A stretch of 64,000 nucleotides of DNA from Octopus sinensis (Eukaryota): assembly GCF_006345805.1 (NCBI RefSeq), contig NC_043003.1:58838001-58902000 (forward strand). The letters are read 5' to 3'. A program made the translations under genes and the position numbers. This document shows positions 54,153-64,000 of this stretch, piece after piece. Position 1 is the first letter of the stretch; the number at the start of each line of letters is the position of its first letter. The notes below the pieces were generated by a model that was given only the letters and a program-made list of their open reading frames with translations, had not been told where the DNA came from and did no database searches.

Positions 54153-54566
54153 ATATATATATATATATATATTTAATACTTCAGCTAATTAATGCTTTTT
54201 GGGGGCCTGCAATCGCCTAGATTATTGATTCTGTTATTATTATTAATAGAGTCAATGATATCTTCGCAAATATTTCTTGTCTTGAATTATTTGCTCCTAA
54301 CGTTCATTAATAATATTTTAACAATCCAAAGACGAGTGCTAGGATGGATCTTGAGGACTTTGTAGATGGAAACTATGGAAGACTGGCGTACTTTCCCATA
54401 CACTCGGGTTGATACATGTCTTGTCAGTGAGCTTGTGTAAATGACAACAGTAAGAAAGCTTGTCAGGTAGAGTGTACAAGTAATTCAAATGTCAAGTTTT
54501 ATCACTTGTGTTAATTTGATTCATCTTGAAAATTGTTTCCCGTACGTAACTGGTACTTGATTTATT

Positions 54567-55332
54567 CTTTTCTACTCCAGGCACAAAGTCCGAAATTTTG
54601 GGGGGAGGGGGTCAGTCGATTAGATCGAACCCAATACGCAACTGGTACTTAATTTATCGACCACGAAAAGATGAAACGCAAAGTCGACCTCGGCGGAATT
54701 TGAACTTAAAGTCAGAGGAAATACCTATTTCTTTACTACCCACAAGGGGCTAAACATAGAAGGGACAAACAAGGACAGACAAACGGATTAAGTCGATTAC
54801 ATCGACCTCAGTGCGTAACTGGTACTTAATTTATTGACCGCCAAAGGATGAAAGGCAAAGTCGACCTCGGCGGAATTTGAACTCAGAACGTAGCGGCAGA
54901 CGAAATACCTATTTCTATTTCTTTACTACCCACAAGGGGCTAAATACAGAGGGAACAAACAAGGACAGAAAAAGGGATTAAGTCGATTACATCGACCCTA
55001 GTGCGTAACTGGTACTTAATTTATCGACCCCGAAAGGATGAAAGGCAAAGTCGACCTCGGCGGAATTTGAACTCAGAACGTAGCGGCAGACGAAATACCT
55101 ACTTCTTTACTACCCACAAGGGGCTAAGCACAGAGGGGACAAACAAGGACAGAAAAACGGATTAAGTCGATTACATCGACCCCAGTGCGTAACTGGTACG
55201 TATTTAATCGACCCCGTAACGATGAAAGGCAAAGTCGACCTCGGCGGAATTTGAACTCACAACGTAACGGCAGACGAAATACCGCTAAGCATTTTACCTG
55301 GCGTGCTAACGTTTCTGCCAGCTTGTCGCCTT
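54567..55332 (-). mobile_element. Family 3 SINE multimer: head + three bodies (184/190/184 bp) + a fourth partial body with an alternative tail
   Basis: Junctions at 54725/6, 54909/10, 55099/100 and 55283/4; 16-bp flanking duplication TGG(T/C)ACTTGATTTATT. Confidence 0.92.
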
Positions 55333-55604
55333 TGGCACTTGATTTATTGAAGTCATAGTGGGTTCGGGGTGAGTGGCGGAGCTCTTCTCTGGTGCGATAG
55401 CGTTTTCTGGTTTTTTTTTTTTTAACGCGTGGTTGTCGAAGAAACGGGGCTGACCATGATCTCTGCAGCGCTCCAAGAGCAGAGGCAATGGTAACATTGA
55501 TGTTTCTCTTGAACCTTTACAAGTCAACAACTGAGGGAACAACATAAGTAGAGAGAGAACTTTAGAGGGCCGAGGTCCTGGATAAGAACGTAACATGTGG
55601 TCGT

Positions 55605-55841
55605 TCGAATGCGGCCAAACTGGAACACCATCTTGAAGTGCTTAGTTGCACAAATCGACCCTAGTAATTATTTTTTACAAGTCTTTTTATTTCTTCTATC
55701 ACACCTTCTTTTGCTGAATCGCCAAGTTATGGGGACATAAACAAAATAACACCGATTGTGAAGCAAGGAGGAAGGTGCAAATACAAACACAAAGATACAC
55801 ACAGACACAAGCCTTTGTCTGTCTGTTAGTCCATCTCCCAC

Positions 55842-55890
<49 letters not shown>

Positions 55891-56106
55891 TTTCTTTCTT
55901 TCTTTCTTTCTTTCTCTCTCTCTCTCTCTCCCTCTCTCTCATACACACACATACATACACATGATAGACTTCTATAGAGCTGTCAACCAAATTTACTCAC
56001 AGATCAATAGCTGTCCCGGGGCTATAGAAGAAGACACTTGCTCAAGGTACTGCGCAGGTGGGTGGAACCCGAAATCACGTGACTGTAAAGTGGACTTCTT
56101 GACCAC
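55605..56106 (-). mobile_element. Old family 1 SINE interrupted by (TTTC)n
   Basis: AAATCGACCC and GAAGACACTTGCTCAAGG remnants. Confidence 0.6.
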
Positions 56107-57466
56107 TTAGAAAACACAATGAGTGAGCTACCGTTTCTGCTCTACATTGTCATTGAAAACTTATCCCTTTCAATTGCCGCCGAAGGCAAGTATGCCTTTC
56201 TTCCTGCAGGGCTCAGAAAGTAAAAGACCCAGCCAAGCACTGATTTGCACTACATAGTATTTGAAACTATATTCTGTGTTCAAATCCTATCCTGGTGAAC
56301 TATACATTTCAAATTTTTTCCTGGGGGTCAATATTGGTTTCAATTTAACATTCCAATAAACGAATGGAGTTCTAACGGTCTTGAGTTCTAATATAAGACT
56401 AAGAAGATCCTGTTTCAATTAGTAGAGATGACCAAATCTGCATTATGGACATATTTCGCCAGGATCTTATTTATACCTTGCCCAGCCATATTTACCAGTT
56501 GGCTACCAAAAGTATTGATCACAAAATTATACATTGTTGCGATGATATACATATTTCAGATGTTAAATTATAGATGTATATAATTCATCAATTAGCAAAC
56601 CTTCAGATATTTCTCCAATTTCTGCTCTTTTCTTTGTCACTCACCTTCCTCTCTCTCTCTCTCGCCATATTTCTGTCTTTCACACACTGCGCGCACGCAT
56701 ACATGCACAGACACAGACACACACACACACACTCTCCATCTCTCTCTCTCGCTCTCCCCTTCTTTCTCCCTTTCTCTATCTCTATCTGTATCTCATGTAC
56801 ACACACTGTCTCTTCCTTGTCTCTTTCTCCCATTTGTTTTAAGGGATTTCTCAACATGAACAAACATGCCCTACTGTTGATGTAAAAATCTCTAACGAAG
56901 AAACAGACAAGCCCTGGAGATTTTCATGAGGTTATGATTTCTAACTAGCCCCAACTTTGCTTTGATAAGTAGTTTCTTAATACAACAACCAATCAATAAT
57001 GCTGTTGTGTCTTTTACTATGCAATGCGCGTTGTTTTGCTATAAGATCTGTGAATACCCTTGTTGTCTAGCTTAAAGCTGTTTATTTGAGGTTATCAAGT
57101 TCCGAATTAGCAAAAGGAAAAGCTGTGCCCATTTTCATCCGAGGTCATTATAAGTTTTTCTGGCCATTAGATTTGATTGCAAACATGAGTAAACAATACG
57201 GCCGGGGGATATATATTTCATACAACCTATGCTAATGATTAGAGAGACGAGCTAGTGAGTACAGCAGGGATACAGCGATACAACTACTGAAACCAGCTAA
57301 ACATCAGTATACAATATGCATACAGCGAAACGCTGCATGGCGAAAACGTTTATATATGATTAAAGAGATGCTAGCAATCATATATATATATATATATATG
57401 TATTATATATATATAATATGATATATATATATCTATATAATATATATATATATAATATATATATAT

Positions 57467-57515
<49 letters not shown>

Positions 57516-57939
57516 TATATATGTGTGTGTGTGTGTGTGGATATATATACATGCATACACACATATGTGTATGTATGTATATATATATATATATAGGCAT
57601 ACATACATACACACGTATATATGTATGTGGTGAAAGGTCTGTGCGTGCGTGTCGTGTGTGTGTGCGTGCGTGGGTATTGCATGTGTGTGTACGTGTGTTT
57701 GTGAGTGGTGGTGGTGGTGTGTGTGTGTGTGTTTGTGTATGTGTGGTTATATAAAAATGTTGCTTGCTGAATATGATGTCTAATCGAATCCATCCATAGC
57801 TTCAACTAAAATACAAAGGTAAATATACTTTACTAAATTCTAGATTAGTGTTACAAACATACATACACTCATTATGCTTGTACACACACACATACACACG
57901 CAGATCCTCACACACACTCACACACATACAAGCACACAC

Positions 57940-57978
<39 letters not shown>

Positions 57979-57984
57979 CTCTTT

Positions 57985-58225
57985 TACTCTTTTACTCTTT
58001 TACTTGTTTCAGTCATTTGATTGTGGCCATGCTGGAACACCGCGTTTAGTCGAGCAAATCGACCCCAGGACTTATTCTTTGTAAGCCTAGTACTTATTCC
58101 ATTGGTCTGTTTTGCCGAACCGCTAAGTTACGGGGACGTAAACACACCAGCATCGGTTGTCAAGTGATGTTGGGGAGGACAAACACAGACACAGAAACAT
58201 ATACATACATACATACATACATACA

Positions 58226-58261
<36 letters not shown>

Positions 58262-58385
58262 TACATATACACAACGGGCTTATTTTAGTTTCCGTCTACC
58301 AAATCCACTCACAAGTCTTAGGTCGGCCCGAGGCTATAGTAGAAGACACTTGCCTATGTGGTTGGTAAGCAAGCTACTTACCACA
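57985..58385 (-). mobile_element. Family 1 SINE
   Basis: Reverse-complement tail, body and partial head. Confidence 0.88.
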
Positions 58386-58754
58386 CACCTACTCTACGCC
58401 TATATATATATATGTGTGTATATTATATATGTATATATATATATATATATATAGATATATATATATATTATATATATATAAATACACAAACATGCACTGA
58501 AAGAGAGGTGAAACAAACGTATACGTGAGTGTGTGTGTGTGTAAACACTTAAAAATTCCAAAGTTCCAAAATATATTTATTAAAACTGAAACTAACACAT
58601 TTTGATCTTTTCTGTTTGGCCACCACTTTTCGATTTTTCCAATTTTGTTCCAACTGATTTCAAATTTGGTGTGTGGATGTAGTTTTGTATGCTAATTATT
58701 GACATGAAATTCATTTTCGCCATAAATCAATAAATAAAGAGTTAATAAAAATGT

Positions 58755-58924
58755 GCGGCCAAACCACATGATTCCAGGTTTAGTTCCACTGCGTGGCTCC
58801 TCAGGCACGTGTCTTCTACTATAGCCATGGGCCAAACGAAACCTTGCGAGTGGATTTAGTAGACATAAACTGAAAAAAAGCCTGTCATATATATATATAC
58901 ATGAATAAATAAATAAATATATAA

Positions 58925-58995
<71 letters not shown>

Positions 58996-59225
58996 GTGTG
59001 CGCGCGTGTCTTTGTGCGTGTGTTTGTCCTCCCATCACTGCTTGACAACCGGCGTCAGTATGTTTACGTCCTCGTAACAGCTGTTCGGCAAAATAGACCG
59101 ATAGAATAAGTACTAGCCTTAAGAAATAAGTCTTGGTGGCTGATTTTCTCAACTAAAATCCTTCAATGCGGTGTTCCAGCATAGTCGCAGTCAAATGGCT
59201 GAAACAAGTAAAAGAATAAAAGAAT
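58755..59225 (+). mobile_element. Family 1 SINE, diverged
   Basis: ACCACATGATTCCAGGTTTAGTTCCACTGCGTGG through CAGTCAAATGGCTGAAACAAG. Confidence 0.8.
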
Positions 59226-59847
59226 AAAGGAAAAAAGATCCGACGCCTGTATCTATCTATCTATCTGTTTCTCTTTTTGCTTTTTAGCCTCTCTAACAGT
59301 TTGCCTAAATGATTGCCTATATTTACAGTCTCGTCATCTCTCAGGACGTTTGAACCTTAAAACCTGATCCAGCAACAAAACGTAATTTATCTGTTACACT
59401 ATTTCGATATTTACTCTTTTGATATCTCGCCATTTAGTTAATATGAATCTCTCGTACTACTATAAACCATATTTAACTAGAAGTAAGCCATACCGACAAT
59501 TTTCTATGCTACATACGAAGCGAAAAATCCTTTTGTTGTTGTCGTCTCAGTCCATCCCGTGACCTGGGTCTTGATATACTCCAGATCATTGATGACCCCC
59601 AACCTTCTATATAGATTTCTATTACGTAATAAAACTTATACCTACACACGTAGATCATGTGTGGAAGCAGCTGTAGCTTATTGAACTGAATATTGTGAAT
59701 ATTTCCTGCAGATCAACTGTGTAATAAAGCGCAATGCTAATGCTGATAGGCAGGACTTGAATGCCAAAGCTGATCAGCAGGATTTGAACTTGGTCATTAA
59801 TCAATGAAATTAAGTACTGCTCGACGTCTTACCATCTATGCCACACT

Positions 59848-59997
59848 TTCTACTCTAGGCACAAGGCCAGAAATTTTTGGGGAGGGGGATAGTCGATAAG
59901 ATCGACTCCAGTACGCAACTGGTACTTAATTTATCGACCCCCCAAAGGATGAAAGGCAAAGTCGACCTCGGCGGAACTTGAACTCAGAACGTAACAG
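59848..59997 (-). mobile_element. Family 3 SINE 3' part
   Basis: AAAGGATGAAAGGCAAAGTCGACCTCGGCGG. Confidence 0.85.
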
Positions 59998-61210
59998 ACC
60001 TGATAATAATGTCACACTTTATTGTATTTTGATAATAGTATAAGGCCAGTAATTTTAGGGAGTATGTGTTAACTTTATGATTAAAGGGGGTGCTTCAGCA
60101 TGGCCTCAGACTGAAACATAAAAGAATAAAAGAATATATTTCTGCCTTAAATTTGAATGTTTTCGAAATAATTAGATATTGAAGTTGGACAAAGTTTCAT
60201 ATTATGTATTCGAGAAGATTAATAAAGCTCGTTGATTAGTTTTCATTAATTGTGTTCATGAAATATTTTGCAGAAGGAAATCAATTCTGTAGATGTTTTC
60301 CCATAGCAGCTTAACAAGCGAGATTACAGTATAGCGGGATTAACAACAGATAGGCCAAAAGATAGGTAGCTCAGTAAATCACAAAAAACGCACATTTGGT
60401 TGGTGCTGATGATTGACAAATCTCAGCGAGAACCAATTGAGAAAGAGGCCAATATGTCGACAATGAAATCTAAATAAATTAAATGTTTTCCAGACAATGA
60501 CGGGAGAGTTAAAAAAAAATTAAGAAAAAAATTGAAAAACGAAAAAAGAAACGAAACAGAAAAAATTATCCCAGACATACAAAATCGTTATGAAATGAAG
60601 AACAAAGGCCTCAAACTTGTTAACTGGAATAAATAAAGAAGATAAAAATAAAATTAAGAATGGCACTCAATGAAATTAAGAATAATATACAGCTCTCACT
60701 AATATGAGTGAACAGTAAATTGAGAGTATGATTATAAAAATACATAAAAATCAACTATAAAAGTTTCTATTAATCCAGCTTGTTTGCTATAGAAAGTAGA
60801 GGCATAAAGCCTTTAACCCTACCAGTAGTTCAGCTGGTACTTAGAAGCAATACTCTTTGTGTAGAACTTTTGGGTCACTTCCAAAACAGCAGGGGGCTTG
60901 ATATTGTGGCGAACTATAGTAAGAAGCAATAATGCAGATGTTTTGAGAACAAGTGTCGTTTATAGAGTCAGCATGACTTCCCGTTTTCAATGTCCTCGGG
61001 TTCCATCCTAGCAGTCGTCCCCGTGTTTTTGTAAGTTTAGTAATGTACGTTACTAATATACATTTAGTAATGCTATGAGTTTATTAACTGTATACAATAA
61101 GCAATATGATAAACATGTGGTTACTTATAATTTCAGGTTAGGCATAGCTTTGATATACCATTTAGAAATTATCTTCTCTTATCACTACCCGTTCAAATGC
61201 GGGGGAGTCT

Positions 61211-61400
61211 ATCTTTTGCTTCTCGGCCTTTTGGCTAAAATCAAAGTGTATTATCTGTTCTTAGTTTAATATCTGATATGGTCCCTATTTGGGGCCATCG
61301 ATATTAAACTGATTTTTAGAACGAGGTGAAGTGTTAGGGACTTGCTCCGCCTTTGCCACGGGTTGACCTGGTATTGCAGTGCTTCCAGGATTCAGCCCCT
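61211..61400 (+). ncRNA. U2: U2 snRNA, full length but degenerate (probable pseudogene)
   Basis: GCTTCTCGGCCTTTTGGCTAA, ATCTGTTCTT, AGTTTAATATCTGATA, Sm-like GATTTTTAG, CTTGCTCC, GACCTGGTATTGCAGT. Branch-pairing GTAGTA is changed to GTATTA and ATC is deleted before AGTTT. Confidence 0.92.
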
Positions 61401-61448
61401 ATTCTTAAGAAAGAGAGCCACTTACTGTAATGTGTTTTCTTTTTGAAT

Positions 61449-61567
61449 GACACTATTGCCCAAGGTTCCCCTGGTCTTTTCTGTAGGCTTTTCTATCCAC
61501 GGACAAACCTAATCTGTTTTCCCTTTTTACATTGACATTTCTGTGATACACGATCCCTATTGATCGT
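61449..61567 (+). mobile_element. 3' terminal ~120 bp of the Tx1-like LINE
   Basis: About 80% identical by eye to 47951-48073 (50 of the first 60 nt; 26 of the last 27 nt). Confidence 0.88.
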
Positions 61568-61583
61568 CCCCACTTTATTTTGT

Positions 61584-62320
61584 AGATAACAGTTTCAGTT
61601 GGAGTGCCCACATCAACGATAAGGTCGATATAGCTCCTAGGATGAGCTCTTGGATCTTAGGAACCTTCTGGTCCAGAGAACAAGGTCTCATCCTTCCACT
61701 TTTCTCCTCCTTTGTGCGGCCACACCTCGAATACTGCTGCCCCTTGTGGTTTCCCCATACAAAACAAAACATCTCGAGGATTGAATCACCCCAGAGGGCA
61801 CTCACTAAACGAATTGAAGGCATGGCTGATCTCGATTATCGGGACCGCCTTAAAGCTTTGAAATTCTACTCTCTCCAGCGACGCCGTGAGTGGTACATCA
61901 TTTGTATTCATTTGTGGGGAATATACCGCCAGCATTGCCCAAACGACCTGAACATTAGTTTCAAGGTTCATCTAAGGCTGGGACCACGGGCCATACACCC
62001 CTTGCCCAATTCAGGATCACAGTATATAGGTACACTGCGATATAATTTCTTTTCCTCAACAGGACCTACCCTGCTTAACATTGTCCCGAAAGAGATCAAA
62101 GAGGAAAAGGATCTCATCAACTTTAAACGGAATCTGGATAGATTTCTTCAAGGAATACCGGATAAGTCACCCATACGTGGATACAACTCACTCAACAAGA
62201 ACTCACTACTTGAATGGACCATAAACAAAACTTGACTTAAACAGGATTTAGATAATCCTATCAGGTGGTTCTATTAAGTTAGACATGACCTGGACCAATC
62301 TTTGGTCGAAACATATCTAA
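61584..62320 (+). mobile_element. CR1-clade LINE 3' fragment (second family), ORF 61642-62235
   Basis: FVRPHLEYCCPLWFP, RIESPQRALTKRI, YRDRLKALKFYSLQRRRE, FKRNLDRFL; 3' hairpin GACCA-ATCTT-TGGTC followed by GAAAC. Confidence 0.9.
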
Positions 62321-62436
62321 TTTTATCTAAGTTTATATATATCCTTCTTTCTTTCCTTCCTGAGCTTCCAATAACACTATACTTGTTCCACGTCCTCGCG
62401 TTGTTGTGTTTTCTCTTTGTGTTTTCATGTTTGAAT

Positions 62437-62494
<58 letters not shown>

Positions 62495-63084
62495 TACCAT
62501 TTGTTTGAGTCATTAATAGTGATTTGTTCTGTCACTCATTTCTATTAGTTTAAAGAAATGTAAACAAACCTTCAAATCTTGTTGCTGAATTCAAGCTCAT
62601 TGCACTTTTTATTTTACGGGTTTTATATTTATTCTATACCAATTTAATTTAAAATTGTTATTGTTTCCACGCGGAAGATTGCAGTGATGTTAAAATAAGC
62701 CTCTCTAATCAAACTTGGACAGTTTCGAAACCTGGAATTTCTTGAAGGGCTAGTATCAAATATTAACATGCAATAAAACTGCAGATACGTGTCACACGTT
62801 GGTTCCAGCATGAGGGCGATATATTGCAAAATTATCGGCTCTGTTAGTGTATATGTTTTCATTCATGTGCATTAACTACAGTATTAGAGGACTTTAGCTC
62901 TTATTTCTAGCAATGTAGGTGTTTCCTTACACCCTAGTCACATTTAGTGACATTTGTAATTCTCCGTTTTGGTGAAATATTTCAAACTGCTGTTTATATT
63001 AACTTTATACACACACACACACACACACGTAGTTGTATCTATGTGTGTGAATGAGTGAGTGTGTGGGTGTGCGTGTGTGTAGGT

Positions 63085-63280
63085 GTGCGTGTTTTTGTGT
63101 TTGATTTCTTCCGTATCCCACCGCTTGACAACTGGTATGGGTGTGTTAATATCCCTGTGTTTTAGCGATATAATAATAGCTTTAAAAAATAAATGCTAGT
63201 GTCGATTTAGTTGACTGAACTCTTCATGGCGGTGCTCCAGCATGGCCGCAGTCCAATAGGTGAAACAAGTAAAAGGTTAA
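63085..63280 (+). mobile_element. Family 1 SINE 3' half
   Basis: CGCTTGACAAC through GGCGGTGCTCCAGCATGGCCGCAGTCCAATAGGTGAAACAAG. Confidence 0.75.
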
Positions 63281-64000
63281 AGATATTCTGTCTTGAATAT
63301 ACGAAAAACGATAAACTATGGAATCTGTACAATTCCCTTAGTTTTCTGCATTCAGGAAAACCTATCACAAACGTAAACCTCTTCTAAGTTTTAATAATTT
63401 AATAATAAAGTTTCAACTTTGTAGTTTGATAAAATGTTCAGAAAACATTAAAATGCCATGATTGAATTAATAGTACACATATATATTTATATTGAAGCAA
63501 GTGTACTGGGGAGCGTGAGAGAAATTTGAAGTGAAGAGTTTAAGGACAACATAGCATAATGAAAATAAAATATACAAATGTAGATTAAATATTTAAAACT
63601 GCATCAAGAAACTTGAAAGAAAAAAAATGGTTTGCTTCGACTGTTGTAAGTTATCAAAGTTCAACGAAGGTTTTATACCTGCCAACAAGTTCAAACTGTA
63701 CTCGGAAATATAAATAATCATAAGTGTACAGAAGTAAAAACAGTTATTCTGGATCGACTAAAATATGTACACACGCTACTGTGAGCTGATGCATTCAAAT
63801 TCACGAAGTTCAATGAATTTGTTATAGTAAAACAGACACACATGCATACACACACACAACTATACAGTATGTGTTTGATATATATGATATACACATGTAA
63901 GCTTATGTGATACATACATACATACATACATACATGCACACACACACACATATATATATGCATATATATATACTCATACACAAATACACGCACATACAAA

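Noticed and set aside
59712-59813. Possible exon INCVIKRNANADRQDLNAKADQQDLNLVINQ with a 30-nt internal repeat
   Set aside because: Only 31 codons before a stop and no linked exons.

Overview
AT-rich, microsatellite-saturated animal genomic DNA with one 100-N scaffold gap (29734-29833). The SINE, LINE and Tc1/mariner repertoire points to a cephalopod, probably Octopus; this is an inference from repeat style, not a database result. No complete host gene is visible. There is one plausible coding exon (30010-30139, minus) and one weaker one. Almost all listed ORFs are microsatellite noise or transposon remnants. Recognisable elements: a 5'-truncated Penelope-like (GIY-YIG) retroelement, Tx1/L1-, CR1- and R4-like LINE fragments, two degraded Tc1/mariner transposases plus a third remnant, Tigger-type MITEs, non-autonomous Helitrons, about five tRNA-type SINE families, a 1.6-kb 36-bp minisatellite and a degenerate U2 snRNA. 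Three signals stand out. (1) Several unrelated fold-back (hairpin) elements carry type I hammerhead ribozyme motifs pointing outward from the hairpin centre; the best is a near-perfect twin-hammerhead inverted repeat at 44883-45656. (2) A U2 snRNA copy is followed by the 3' tail of the Tx1 LINE found 13 kb upstream, resembling a SINEU-type chimera. (3) SINE multimers (one head, several bodies) sit inside single target-site duplications. All alignments and folds were done by eye. Single-base slips in the (AT)n tracts suggest residual long-read indel errors, so some frameshifts and arm differences may be artefacts.
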